From positions 620,001 through 684,000 of the forward strand of contig OW569347.1 of assembly GCA_937625935.1 (NCBI GenBank): 64,000 bases of DNA. The letters run 5' to 3'. Origin of the DNA: Tetramitus jugosus (lineage: Eukaryota; Protista; Heterolobosea). Shown piece by piece: positions 33,193 to 44,793 of the stretch. Made by a program: the position numbers and the translations under genes. Positions within the stretch are counted from its first letter, which is position 1, and every line of letters starts with the position of its first letter. The notes under the pieces were generated by a model. That model did no database searches. It saw only the letters and a list, made by a program, of their open reading frames with translations, and was not told the origin of the DNA.

Positions 33193-35382
33193 TCAAGGTC
33201 TGGCTCGAGAGAAGGAGTCCAGCATGTAAAAGTAATCCTTGCTTTCGAGCATGGAGGATGGTGGAGCCATTTGTGATACATCTGGAACGTCGTCCAACAC
33301 ATGAACAGTTTCATCCTCGGTGACTGAGCTTTGCGAGTGTGCTTTTGTCTCTTGTGCATCAACATTCACTGTTTCTGTCAGTCTGATTGCAGGCTTGATG
33401 TGTTCAACTACATCAGGAGCAGAGTGTTGACTGATACTAGCAGCCAATTTTTGCTCAAACTGGTAGCTGCCATGATCGACAGGTGGTACCCATCCTGGAT
33501 AGTGAGCCTTAAAGTTCAAGTAACTGACCTCCATCTTGTTTTGCAGCGATCTTTGCAAGTGATCAGGGCTAGCAGTGTCCATGACAGAGCTACCAAATCT
33601 GTTAAAGTTGAATGTAGCAAATCCACAAACGTGACCAATTCCTTCTACGTCCACTGTGATTTTGTCCATGAATTCAATAATTTTCTCGGCACTGTTCGGC
33701 AATGATATACACAGAATAATAGGTGTGACGAGAATACTCAATAGCTCCTGGAATAGTTGTGCCAAACTGTACTGGAACAGTTGGTTGAACTCTTCACGAA
33801 CCTCGGTGTGATGACCAAGCTCCTTCCAATTCTCTGGATAGTAATGAATAATAGAGCACACATCTTGCAGCTTTTCCTTTGGTTCAAAAACCTTGCGCTC
33901 GTCGATAACAAGAGACTTGGCATAAGCCCAGACTAGCAACAGCACTGTCAACCACCAGAACAAATTTTGATTCAGGATATTGAAGTAGAGAAGCAATGGA
34001 TTCTTGACTGAAGAAATCAAAATAATTGTCGCCGCGAGAGCCGAAACAATAAACATGACTGATTTCGCCAAGGTAGACAGCAAGTAATCAGGGAATTGTT
34101 CCGTATACTTGTGTGCAGGCTTGTAACTCTTTTTCATTCTTCGTTCAAATATATGAGGCAACTCATTGAACTCTCTAAACTTCCATCTTGCCAACAAGCT
34201 CCATCTTCTGTCCAACAGAGTGAGAGGAGATTTTCGAATCTCGACAGAGTATTTGAATACAGTGTACACGACAACAAAGAAGAATATGAATGGAGAAGCA
34301 ATCAAGTTCAATATTCCCAACCAGATGAACTGCTTTCTCAACTTGTTTGGATTGTGAATAATTTCTTCCTTGACCTTGAAATCCGAGTCAAACATGTAAT
34401 TGATAATGTACTTTAGGTTCCACATGAGACTCTGAGTCAAAATACCATACTTGTTCTTCCATGCAGGCACAAAATAGTGCAGTGGTACTCTCAGATTCAA
34501 CACTTCCTTGTTAATGAAAGCAATCAAGAAATTTTCTCTTCTCATGATACGGTTCATAATATCAAACGCATTCAAATTCTTCATGACATAAATCTTTCTT
34601 CGATCCTGCAAATGAATAATCTTGTTCACAATCTCGTCCCACTCCAGTGTTTGAATCTCCTTTTCTGACACTTCCAAATGAACATTGAAAAAATGCTTAA
34701 TTCTCCACATGGAGATCAACTCTGACACATAGGTCACACACAGGAATATCCAATAACACAGAATACCCAGTTCGAACGTGATGGCCGTTCGATGAAACCA
34801 ATTCCACCTGTCACTCCACGCACCTCTTCTCACCACACTCACATTGGCACAATTCTGATTCTCACATTTCCACATGGCTCTCCAATCTGCTACAACAAAC
34901 AGAAACGTGCTGAATCCAATCATGAACAACACGGTGCAAAGCTTGAGAATACGTTGGAGGGTCAACGTCCAGAATCCCTTTGCTAAATAATACTTGTACA
35001 CTTGACTGAAAAAAACATCCAAATTTTCAATGCCCAACGACTCTCTCTCATGACCCGAATTCAACAATGTGGCATGAATTTCATCGTCATTGTATGTGAA
35101 GCCAATACCATCTTCGTCGTCGTCATCGTCATCTTCGTCATCATCATACTCATTGATACCTATGTTGCTATGATTGTGCTGGTGATAGTAAGCTGCTGTT
35201 GTTGTTGTTGGTGACGTTGTTGATGGTGTGGGTGAGGAGAAAGCTTCAGTTATTATTTTTGTGGTGGTTGTGCTCTTGTTGTTATCACTACTCGTATTGT
35301 GATTATTGTGGCTTGTATGTACATGAACTTCTTGAAGCTCTTGGGCGAGTTGCCCATCGGGATCATCGTGCTGTCGGCTCAT
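33193..35382 (-). CDS. ATG9: Autophagy protein Atg9
   Basis: IENLDVFFSQVYKYY..KGF, DIMNRIMRRENFLIA, WKFREFNELPH, FQELLSILVTP, VDVEGIGHVCGFA, KMEVSYLNF. Confidence 0.96.
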   Translation of the reverse strand: MSRQHDDPDGQLAQELQEVHVHTSHNNHNTSSDNNKSTTTTKIITEAFSSPTPSTTSPTTTTAAYYHQHNHSNIGINEYDDDEDDDDDDEDGIGFTYNDDEIHATLLNSGHERESLGIENLDVFFSQVYKYYLAKGFWTLTLQRILKLCTVLFMIGFSTFLFVVADWRAMWKCENQNCANVSVVRRGAWSDRWNWFHRTAITFELGILCYWIFLCVTYVSELISMWRIKHFFNVHLEVSEKEIQTLEWDEIVNKIIHLQDRRKIYVMKNLNAFDIMNRIMRRENFLIAFINKEVLNLRVPLHYFVPAWKNKYGILTQSLMWNLKYIINYMFDSDFKVKEEIIHNPNKLRKQFIWLGILNLIASPFIFFFVVVYTVFKYSVEIRKSPLTLLDRRWSLLARWKFREFNELPHIFERRMKKSYKPAHKYTEQFPDYLLSTLAKSVMFIVSALAATIILISSVKNPLLLYFNILNQNLFWWLTVLLLVWAYAKSLVIDERKVFEPKEKLQDVCSIIHYYPENWKELGHHTEVREEFNQLFQYSLAQLFQELLSILVTPIILCISLPNSAEKIIEFMDKITVDVEGIGHVCGFATFNFNRFGSSVMDTASPDHLQRSLQNKMEVSYLNFKAHYPGWVPPVDHGSYQFEQKLAASISQHSAPDVVEHIKPAIRLTETVNVDAQETKAHSQSSVTEDETVHVLDDVPDVSQMAPPSSMLESKDYFYMLDSFSRARP

Positions 35383-35658
35383 TGCTGTTGTGGTTGTTGT
35401 GTTTTTGGCCGCGAGTTTTTTGTTCTTATTTGTGTGCGTGCTCTTGATTTTTTGTGAAGCTTTTTTGAGCTTATGGGCTTTGAAGTTCTTGTTGCGGGCG
35501 CGGAAAATTTTCTCTTGTTGTTGGAAGGAAGATTACTTGAAAAGTTTTAGCTTGGATCAGCTGGTGTTTTATTTACAGTTGTTGTTAGTGGTTTGCTGTG
35601 TTTCTCTCTTATGAATGTGGGACCTAGTTTGTTCAAAGAGTTTGGAGGCCGTGTGAAT

Positions 35659-36252
35659 TTACATGATGTTACACATCCTCCTCTTCTTGGGAGGTGGAGT
35701 GTCATCCACTGGTTTTCTGAGAGCTCTCATATCCTTCACCAATGCATGGAAGCATTCATCAATGTTGAGTCGTTTCCGAGCAGAGCACTCCATGTACATC
35801 ATCTTTCTCTCTCTGGCGTACTGTTCTGCCTCATAACTGGTTATCGCTCTCTCTGACTCCAAGTCTGCCTTGTTGCCAACGAGGATCATGGGTACTTGTC
35901 CTGCATCGACATCCTTGACTCTCAGAATCTGTTCACAGTACTCGTCGACTTCTTGGAATGACTTGCGATCTATGATGGAGAAAACGAGCATGAAACATTC
36001 TGCACTTCTCATATAAGCATCACGAAGAGCTCTATATTCTTCTTGTCCTGCAGTGTCCAGTATTTCCAGGTAGCATGGCTTGTCATCTACTCTGCAGTGC
36101 TTTCTGTAGGAGTCTTCAATGGTTGGATCGTAGTCTGACACAAAAATGCTTTGGACAAACTGGACAGTGCATGCACTCTTTCCCACAGCTCCACCACCCA
36201 CTACAGCCATCTTGTATTCTTCAAGTTCACCACTGTTGTTGTTTTTGGACAT
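35659..36252 (-). CDS. Ras-family small GTPase
   Basis: GGGAVGKS, YDPTIEDSY, DTAGQEEY, NKAD, SAR; polybasic tail and CAAX (CNIM). Confidence 0.96.
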   Translation of the reverse strand: MSKNNNSGELEEYKMAVVGGGAVGKSACTVQFVQSIFVSDYDPTIEDSYRKHCRVDDKPCYLEILDTAGQEEYRALRDAYMRSAECFMLVFSIIDRKSFQEVDEYCEQILRVKDVDAGQVPMILVGNKADLESERAITSYEAEQYARERKMMYMECSARKRLNIDECFHALVKDMRALRKPVDDTPPPKKRRMCNIM

Positions 36253-36573
36253 GATTCTTCTTAGTTAAGGGAGATTGTTGTTATCGTAGAGCTTTTCTTG
36301 CTTTGTTTGTTAGTGCTACCACTTGATCTTTGGTTTGGTTGTTATTAGATCGTAGGTGACATCATTGCCACTTAGGCAACCATTTTAAACCCTCGTCTGT
36401 TCCATCTGCCAACCAGTCGTACAACATAAAAACTTCTCTCGAACTGATGGGAACAAACTTATCATTTCGTTCGGATCTTCATTTTCTCGAATCAGAATCG
36501 ATGTACAAATTTCCAATCAACAAAAAGTCAAACTCCGTTTCGGAACGAATTTCACCGACCCCAACAACAAATA

Positions 36574-37894
36574 ATGACCATTGTCACACCACCGAGAGAT
36601 GCAGGAGCACTGGGAGGAAAGATGGCATGGCGTGTTGTCTTATCTGACACCAAAAGCTTTCAAAATCAATACATGGTCATGCAACGATTGCGGCCCACAA
36701 GTTTATTGAGCAAGATGAAGCGTTCCAACAAGACATACCGTATTTTGCTTCTTAAGACAGGAGCCTTCCAAATAGATGCATCATCAAGTGCAAACTCGCT
36801 CATTGGCAAGGTGTGTTATTAGTTCGTTCTTTTGTTGTTCATGGTGTTCAATCGGAAAAATTAATGTTTTGGCCGCCAAATACAATTGACTACAGAAATG
36901 GATTGTGGCTGAAGGAGATGATTGGAAATTGATGGTAATGTCATGGTACAAGATTGAGCATTACTTGATACCGATGCTACAGATACCCACTCGTACCTAC
37001 AACATCTCACAAGTGCTCGACTTGCTCTCCTCGCTTGAACACAAGCACATTCAAGTGTCCTCAACCAACACGAACAATGGTGCTTCATCCTCCAGTAATA
37101 CTGGAAATAGCAAATCCTTGTTTGAGCATGTAGAGGAATCATTTGAATCCAAGGCCTCTTCTTCTTCTTCGTCCACAACGACGACGACCAGTATCGTCGA
37201 CGATAAAATTTATGGATTGGACGATGCAAGGGATCACATGGAACAATTTCAGCAGTTGCTTGGTACGGTGAGATCCTTGGTAAAGAATGCAGACAATGAA
37301 AAGCAAAAACAGAGAGTCATGAATCAATTGAGTCATCCGAATGGCCTGAGTCAATTGAGTGAACTCAAGCTTCTCTCGACAAAGTTGGACAAGTATCTGA
37401 AGGCTGCACCAAAGAAGGACGTTGTGCACCAGAAGCTAACAGCGCAGTACAGAGAATTGAACGCCTTGTATGAGCAAGATGTTGTCAAGAATGAGCTCGT
37501 CAAGAGAGCTTCATCAACAAGTGAAGGATCCAAAACGAGAAACGTACCAACAACGACAACGAGAGGAGAGAGAGCGTTTGTCTCTGGCAGTCAAGTACAA
37601 GTACAACAGGAACAAACACAAGAACCTGAAGTACTGCTGACTACTTCACAGAGCTCAACCATTCAAGTGGAAAAGGCAATTGCAAAGGAGAAACAAAAGG
37701 AATTGAAGGCAATCGAGCACGATTTGCGAGAGGTGCACGAGATTTTTAGAGATCTGAATGACTTGCTGATCGAACAGGACGCAAATATTGACAAGATTTA
37801 TCACAATGTTGAGAAGACAACTGATGATATTGCAATTGGTGTGGACGATCTCAAGAAAGCAAAAAAGTTGCAAAACTTCAGGAACATATTGTAA
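36574..37894 (+). CDS. Syntaxin-like Qa-SNARE lacking a transmembrane anchor, with an extra N-terminal domain; exons 36574-36810, 36896-37894
   Basis: SNARE motif IEHDLREVHEIFRDLNDLLIEQDANIDKIYHNVE...LKKAKKLQ, then a stop. Intron 36811-36895 GTGTGT...TTGAC.ACAG, in frame. Confidence 0.75.
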
Positions 37895-37946
37895 TGAATA
37901 TATTGTAAATAAACTTAACTTAAGTGCGCAGAGAATAGGGGTGATC

Positions 37947-39947
37947 TTACGTATCGGCACAGACATAGTTACGCAGCGCCTGAAACACTGATAATGCCAC
38001 TTCCTCACGAATTACCTTAAATTTGGTAATCGGTTGATCGAATACTGATTTCTTCAAATTCTTCAGATCTTCAGTGTTCAATCGTCCAGCATTTGTTGCC
38101 AAGTTCTGATTCTCAGATATTGCAGTAAACACACCAATAAATGGATCCACAATCTTACGAATGTCTCCCACAGAAGACGCCTCCTCATCTGGACTCATAC
38201 AAATGATGGATGACACCAAATCCGTAAATCCATAAAAATTAAGCAGTGCTTCCGTTCCGTTCAACAATCTCCTCTTCAAATTCTGTTTCAAACTTGCATC
38301 TGGAACCAATTCCTGCTCCAAATAGTCAAACAACAGTTTCAAAATCTCTAATCGTACTTCATAATTTGGTGTTTTTTGGTTCTGGTTCTGATTGTTGTCG
38401 TTATTGGTATTGCTAGTATAATTATTATTTGGCAATATCACCAACACTCCCATGTCTTCATTGATCACACTCTCCTCAAAATAAAATTTTTTGACCAGTG
38501 ATTCGTGACCATTGAACACACGATCAAAACAAAAAATTTCACCCTCATCCGTACTCAACGGAACAAAGCACAATTGATAAATGTCCTTGTATCGTTCATT
38601 CTGAGCTCGAAGTAAACTATTCTTGCACTGTTCAAACATTTCAAACACTGTATCCGTGTAGGTAGAGCTCGCAGCACTATTCTTCATCCATCGTTCAAAC
38701 GAATTCCAATTGAATGACGTTCTAGGCACACTGCTACTGTCTGATGCCACAATTTGTGCTCTTCTTCTATTCATGTTCGTATTATTGTTATTCATAGCTA
38801 CTACTGCTGCTGCTGCTACAGGAGATGATTTCGTATTGGATGTTATTGTTGTTGTAGGAGTTATTGACCGATGAGATACTGGTGATGATGATGATGACAC
38901 AGGAGGTGAAGGAGGTGCAGTACTACTCTGTCTCGTGGATGACTTTAATATAGATACGAGAGGTTTCACTGGTGTTGTTGTTGTTATTGGTGTTGTGAAA
39001 TCCTTTGGAATCACATGAGAAGGCTGAGTAATGGGTGAAGAAGATGATAATGGTGATGAGGAGGATAAAGATGGTGGTGCATGAGAGGACCGAGATGGTG
39101 GAGGTGGTGGATAAGATGGTATAGATGATGATAATGATGTAGGTGACGGTATTGGGGATGATGATGATGATGGAGAGTGATTGTATTGAATAATGGATGA
39201 TGAATAATGGTGATTCGACCGGTGAACATTCAGAGAAGAAGGTGTGATGGGTGATGGAGGTAGAGATGATGATGATGGTGGTGGAGGTGGTGATGGACTT
39301 GTCCTCATTCTCTTATTACTGTTGTTGTTATCGATGATATTGTTGTTATTGTGGATGGATGATGAAGATGATCGTGGTGGAGGTGCACTATCAAACTGGT
39401 AAATGTCATGAGTCTTGCTTGAACTTTTCAGGTACATGCCATTTCTCTGATGATCACCACCACTACCATTACTACTCTTTTCATTTCCAAAATAAATGAT
39501 ACCATCATCATTATTACTATGATGAGATGATGAAGCTGATGATGATGATGATGATTCATAGACATCTCTCGACCGTTTTCCACTATTATAATGATCATCA
39601 CTTGTACTACTATTAGTGGTAGTGGTAGTGGAATAAGATAGAGCCGAGTGGTGAAGCCTAGGTAATGCTCTCGCTTCCACCAACAATGGATCACTGTCAT
39701 CAATTTTGAGAACAATGTGACAGAGACCAGAGTTGGGCACGGGACATACGCGAACACGTGGAAATTTTGCCAAAATGGTTTTGATCTGACTCGTCATGAA
39801 ACCGTTTCGGTTCAATGTACTGCTTAGCTCTCCCAGTTCCCATTGTGTGGTGCGTGGACCTTGTGTGAGCATGACTACTTTTAGTTCTTCATATGTGAGA
39901 AGCTTTCGGTTGGATTGTAATTGTTGTCGTGCTCGTTTACTCAGCAT
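37947..39947 (-). CDS. Hypothetical protein: globular N- and C-terminal domains separated by a long P/S-rich linker
   Basis: Long ORF; likely start MLSKRAR at 39947. No family recognised. Confidence 0.7.
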   Translation of the reverse strand: MLSKRARQQLQSNRKLLTYEELKVVMLTQGPRTTQWELGELSSTLNRNGFMTSQIKTILAKFPRVRVCPVPNSGLCHIVLKIDDSDPLLVEARALPRLHHSALSYSTTTTTNSSTSDDHYNSGKRSRDVYESSSSSSASSSHHSNNDDGIIYFGNEKSSNGSGGDHQRNGMYLKSSSKTHDIYQFDSAPPPRSSSSSIHNNNNIIDNNNSNKRMRTSPSPPPPPSSSSLPPSPITPSSLNVHRSNHHYSSSIIQYNHSPSSSSSPIPSPTSLSSSIPSYPPPPPSRSSHAPPSLSSSSPLSSSSPITQPSHVIPKDFTTPITTTTPVKPLVSILKSSTRQSSTAPPSPPVSSSSSPVSHRSITPTTTITSNTKSSPVAAAAVVAMNNNNTNMNRRRAQIVASDSSSVPRTSFNWNSFERWMKNSAASSTYTDTVFEMFEQCKNSLLRAQNERYKDIYQLCFVPLSTDEGEIFCFDRVFNGHESLVKKFYFEESVINEDMGVLVILPNNNYTSNTNNDNNQNQNQKTPNYEVRLEILKLLFDYLEQELVPDASLKQNLKRRLLNGTEALLNFYGFTDLVSSIICMSPDEEASSVGDIRKIVDPFIGVFTAISENQNLATNAGRLNTEDLKNLKKSVFDQPITKFKVIREEVALSVFQALRNYVCADT

Positions 39948-40149
39948 GTCGTTGTTATTGTTGTGTGAGTGAAGTTGTTGTTTTGGATGTGTATTTTTGT
40001 GTATTGTGCTGGTCACGACACGCAAGGAAAATTTTTGGCGCCAAATCTCGCGCTCACCACGAAAAACGAAATCAAAATCACACAAGCATCAAACCAAAAC
40101 ACAATCACAACAACGAATCAAAGAGACCCCAATACAATCCTTAATAACA

Positions 40150-41366
40150 ATGAGCATGACTAACAACAACAATAATAATAACGACGACTGGCAAACTGCA
40201 AAAAAGAAGCGTAATTTTTCCAATCAAAAATCAAATCAAGAACAAGTATCCACTACCACTACTACCACCAGCAACAATATGACAAATACAACTGACAATG
40301 TCGCACAAAATGATAATACCACATCCACATTAATCACTCACAATAGTCAACAACAACATTCTCATCATCAACATCAGCACCATCATCATCATCATCATCG
40401 CCCAACAGAGCTCTGTACACCATTTAGTTTCTGGTTCTATAGAAAAGAAAAGGGCATTACTGACTATGAGAAGAATATGCGAAAAATTGGTGATTTTCAC
40501 ACTGTATGTTGTTTTTTTTTGTGTCTCTTTTTTTTTTCTTACTATTTGAAAAACAGCGCATTCTCACTCACTGATATCAATACAAATTATAGGTGGAAGG
40601 ATTCTGGGGATTCTACACTCATTTAATCAGACCTGATGAAATGCCTGTTCCGAGTGATTATCACCTGTTTAGACAGAATATTAGACCAGTGTGGGAAGAT
40701 CCAGAGAATCAATTGGGCGGTAAATGGTTGATACGAACAAAGAAGGCATTTACTCCTCGATTGTGGGAGGATTTGGTGTTGGCATTTGTTGGAGGACAAT
40801 TCTCCGATGAGGTCACTGGTCTCGTGTTGTCCATTCGAGAGTATGACGCATTGAGTGTGTGGACAAGGAACAGTAAGGACGATCGATTGAAACAAGTGGT
40901 GAGAAATGTGATGAAACGTGTGTTGGATCTACCACCGGGCACAAAAATGGAATTTAAGGCTCACAATGCCGCTCTCGCACCAGCAGTGCCACCACCATCG
41001 ACGACAACAGGAGGTGGTAGTTATAGAAATCCTGATGTGTACATTGTGCCCTATGCAAATCCTGCTGCTTTGACCACAACATCAACAACTACAACGGCGT
41101 CTTCATCCAATTATATGAGCAGTAACAATGTGTTTGCAACTGCTGCGTTGAGTACCAACAATGGTGGTGGATCAATCAGTGGTGATGCTCGCAGTACGCA
41201 CACTGCACAAACAGGGGCAGATTTTCCATTTGTGTCTGCTTCTTATTCGTCTGGAGTCATGATGATGGACTCGAATAATCTGTTTGGTTCCTCTCATTCG
41301 TTCGCCAGTCATGGCAATGGACCGTTTGGCTCTGCTCAACAAGATGGTCAAAACACGCGACTATAA
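40150..41366 (+). CDS. EIF4E2: Class II eIF4E (4EHP/nCBP-like) cap-binding protein; exons 40150-40503, 40593-41366
   Basis: FSFWFY..DYEKNMRKIGDFHTVEGFW..Y.HL.RP, DYHLFR.NIRPVWED, GGKWLIR, LWEDLVLA. Tyr at the W56-equivalent position is class II diagnostic. Intron 40504-40592. Confidence 0.85.
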
Positions 41367-41415
41367 AAACAAACAAATTTACTGTGCATTCTTTAGTAGG
41401 TTATTCATCTTATGA

Positions 41416-42522
41416 TTATTGATACATTGGCCGATTCACGTGTTGTTCCACAACTGGGGTCTGGGACATGGGCATGAAGACTGGTGGAGCAGGAGGTGGA
41501 GGTGCATGAATTAGTACTTCCTTTGGTGGTTCGGGCCAGACTTGTCCTGATTGATCTGTCGTGCATTCAAGTACCAAACCAAAGTGGTCGCTTGCAGTCA
41601 GGATAAGTGCCTTTTTGTCCGGTAACTCTGGGTCATTCTCATCAGAAAATAACCTTTCTTGAGCGAACAGTTGAATACTTGTGAGCCCTAGTACATTATC
41701 TTGTTTCTTCATTCGTATGATCCGATCATACCTCGACTTCCAAGCTGTTCCTCCACCAGTTAATTGAATAGTACCATTTAATTCTCCATCAAACGTGTAT
41801 CCTTTGTCTGACTCTCCATTCATATGTTTCCACAAATCGATGGCATCACTCCTGATGAACGATTCTTCGAATGCCTGATGTATATTCAAATCTCCAATGA
41901 GAAACAGTTCATTGCAACCATAAGTAACTGGCAGCGAATCCAACAGTGCAAATGATTCTTCAAACTGCGTTCGTCTCGCGTCACTCATTGAATTAAACGC
42001 CTTGAAATGAGCGCCAACAATCCCTAACCTCATATCCGAAGCCGGCACATGAATAACCAATACAATACCAGGTCGAAATGTCAATTCAGGGTGTGACCAA
42101 TTCAAATAAAAAGCGACCTCTGGTTTATGTTTGCATAGCATAATGTTGCTAAAGAACTCTTCATTCTGACAAATGGCATCATCCATGAACATAAAATAGT
42201 TGTCCTTAATCCACTGATCATTCATTAACTGAGCAAACAATCGCTGAGTGACTTCATTCAAGCACAACACATCTGCATCCAATCTCTTAAAGATTTCCAT
42301 CTGTTTCCTGTATCGTACTTGGGAATAGGATCTCGTTTTCTGGTTGCCAATGTCGAAAAGAGCATTGAAGGTGGCAATTTTGAAGGTACTCTTTGACAGT
42401 TGCACCGTATCATATGGACATGAGACGGGCAATATTGTAGAACAAAGTCTGTTTGATTCAACACCTGACGACATGGGATAATGACTGTTCTCTGGTTGTT
42501 GTTGTGTGCCAGCAAGGAACAT
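41416..42522 (-). CDS. EEP superfamily phosphodiesterase (TDP2-like)
   Basis: IATFN, ADVLCLNEV, AHF, IGDLN, GYTFD, RYDRI, SDHFGL. Confidence 0.85.
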   Translation of the reverse strand: MFLAGTQQQPENSHYPMSSGVESNRLCSTILPVSCPYDTVQLSKSTFKIATFNALFDIGNQKTRSYSQVRYRKQMEIFKRLDADVLCLNEVTQRLFAQLMNDQWIKDNYFMFMDDAICQNEEFFSNIMLCKHKPEVAFYLNWSHPELTFRPGIVLVIHVPASDMRLGIVGAHFKAFNSMSDARRTQFEESFALLDSLPVTYGCNELFLIGDLNIHQAFEESFIRSDAIDLWKHMNGESDKGYTFDGELNGTIQLTGGGTAWKSRYDRIIRMKKQDNVLGLTSIQLFAQERLFSDENDPELPDKKALILTASDHFGLVLECTTDQSGQVWPEPPKEVLIHAPPPPAPPVFMPMSQTPVVEQHVNRPMYQ

Positions 42523-42711
42523 GAAAAAAGTTCTGAAAGCTCAATATCATGAAGGAATACACCGCTGCCTCTTCAATGTATACCCGGGAATTCTCATAGG
42601 ATAGCTATCTGCTGGAAGGAATTCACACACGTGAGATGAATTGATGCCACCTTCTGCTTCCAACGTGTGAGAAACACACCAAAGAAAAAAAACGATCATC
42701 GAAGCAGAATA

Positions 42712-43761
42712 ATGAAAGGAACGACGTCAATCCTCCTTGTCTGTTGTGCCACTCTCGCGGCTGTGCTGTTCCTGTTGAACTTTGTGGTTGCCAATCATCC
42801 ACAACAAGAACAAAAAAGAAACAACAAAATGGGTGACGAAGAATGGCCAAAGTACTATGAGACAGAAACGGGCAAGTTCTTGACATTGGATCAAGTGATG
42901 AACAAGTGGATGTTATTACATCCAATCATCTTTGTTGGAGAGTATCACGATCACATCTGGGGTCACAAGATTGAATATCATTTGCTACAGCAGCTCTATG
43001 CTAATTTGACACGTGTTTCCACACAACAAAAGCTGCATTTTGCAGTTTCACTTGAAATGTTTGAGAGAGATACTCAAGCTTGGGTCTCTGGTTATTTGAA
43101 TGCACAAATGTCCGAGTCGTGCTTCTTGGACAATAGCAGACCATGGCCCAATTACAATACAGATTACAAGCCGCTGGTTGAGTTTGTGAAGCAACAGCAA
43201 CCGACCTCTCTATCCAAGGACAAACTGAAGGTTCAAAGACCTGTGAGCTCCACCGTATTGGCATCTAATATCCCTAGACGATATGCTGCTTTTGTCGCAT
43301 CGGGCAAAGATGAGGAAATTTTCGCAATGCCGGACGTAGAGAGGAGCTACATGGCGCCTGAAATTTTGGCGCCACACGACCAGTACTACAAGAATTTTTA
43401 TGACTTGATGAAGCCATCAGGATGGGATGACGCCAAGATTGAGAGATACTATAGAGCTCAATGCATCAAGGATGACACAATGGCCATGTCCATTGCTCAA
43501 TTCTTCAACCAAACATTCCCTCCTTCACAATCGTCTGACGAGAATGATGCTGATGTAGACACGAGAGTCATTTCTTACTCTGGTTCTTTCCATGTGGACT
43601 ATCACTTGGGTTTGGTGAGCAAGGTGAGAAACTTGTTGCCAACAATCAAGACAATGCTGATGTCCATGGTGCCTGTCGATCCTTCAGAACCCATCAAGCC
43701 AGAACAGTACAAGACGTTGGCTGACATTGTCGTCTTTGCACCTCAAAATCCTCAACAATAA
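42712..43761 (+). CDS. ChaN-family (haem-uptake, EreA/Tiki superfamily) secreted or anchored protein, bacterial-like
   Basis: IIFVGEYHD, SLEMFERDTQ, PWPNYNTDYKPLVEF, ASNIPRRYA, AQCIKDDTMA, GSFH; N-terminal hydrophobic signal; intronless. Confidence 0.85.
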   Translation: MKGTTSILLVCCATLAAVLFLLNFVVANHPQQEQKRNNKMGDEEWPKYYETETGKFLTLDQVMNKWMLLHPIIFVGEYHDHIWGHKIEYHLLQQLYANLTRVSTQQKLHFAVSLEMFERDTQAWVSGYLNAQMSESCFLDNSRPWPNYNTDYKPLVEFVKQQQPTSLSKDKLKVQRPVSSTVLASNIPRRYAAFVASGKDEEIFAMPDVERSYMAPEILAPHDQYYKNFYDLMKPSGWDDAKIERYYRAQCIKDDTMAMSIAQFFNQTFPPSQSSDENDADVDTRVISYSGSFHVDYHLGLVSKVRNLLPTIKTMLMSMVPVDPSEPIKPEQYKTLADIVVFAPQNPQQ

Positions 43762-44034
43762 ATAATGGTTCTCCACTAGCATACAAAAAAGGAATATGAA
43801 CTCTGTCAATACCCAATAACTGCAATGAAGCTCGCTATCCGTGATCTATACACCTTCCTAGAGGTAGTCAACGTCTGTAACCAAGCTAAAAGAGGTAACA
43901 ATTCACAACTGCGTCAAAGGACGACGAATGTGAGCACATCCAACGTTGCTGCTGAGAAGATGGAAACATCACAAAACTTGTTTAAAAAGTAGCTTTCGAC
44001 TTTTATTATCCTATTGCATTAGGAGTAACTTAAT

Positions 44035-44313
44035 TTACTCGTGCATCAATGGAAGACCACCCAAGAATTCCAAAACGTGGTCATACTCATCAATGGAGCC
44101 TTCTTCTTGCAACTTCTTTGCCTTCAAAGCCAAATCGATCCAGCACAACAAGTTGAGCAATGGGATGAAAGCAAAGACGGTGTAACCCAACCATGCGTTT
44201 TCCATCTTCATCAAAATCTTGGAGTTGATGAAAGCACCGATTGGTCCGAAGAAACCGAGGATAAGGACGAGGACCCAGTTAACATTAACTTCAGATTGGT
44301 TCAATTTGGCCAT
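44035..44313 (-). CDS. 92-aa small membrane protein (TM2-like), copy A
   Basis: Protein identical to that at 44794-45072; hydrophobic segments; biased codons. Confidence 0.85.
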   Translation of the reverse strand: MAKLNQSEVNVNWVLVLILGFFGPIGAFINSKILMKMENAWLGYTVFAFIPLLNLLCWIDLALKAKKLQEEGSIDEYDHVLEFLGGLPLMHE

Positions 44314-44793
44314 TGTGTGTATGTAGTGTTGTAGTGTAGTGTACTTGTTGTTGTTTGTGAAAAAAAGGAGAAGTGCAAAAAGAAAAAGTCAGTTAAAAGG
44401 GAAGAAGAATCGGTTACGAGGCGGGCATCAACGTCGAATTCGAATCGAATTTTGTTCGACATCTGAAAGAATTTTCGGTTGACCGTTGAACTCGGTATAA
44501 TGTTCCTACTACAACGGCCATTTTATGATTTTCTCCAGTCGTGGAAAAGAGTGGAATCAAAGACGCAAGTTCGATTCTGTGCTGTCGAATATTGATGGCG
44601 GTTTTTCTTTTGAAATGAATGATTTCTCCTGTTGAGAACTCACCCAAGGGTGCCCAACAGAACTTGAGATTGTAAAATATTCCCTTACAACGACTATTGC
44701 GCCAACCACAGTTAAATTGACAGAACGTCCTCCATTTTTCTGATTTCCCACACAAAAACAAACGAAACAAGCAAGTATCTCACATAATAGAAA

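Noticed and set aside
31400-33200. CRISPR-Cas interpretation of the Cas4-like nuclease
   Set aside because: No repeat-spacer array or other cas genes; the neighbours are eukaryotic G-alpha and ATG9.
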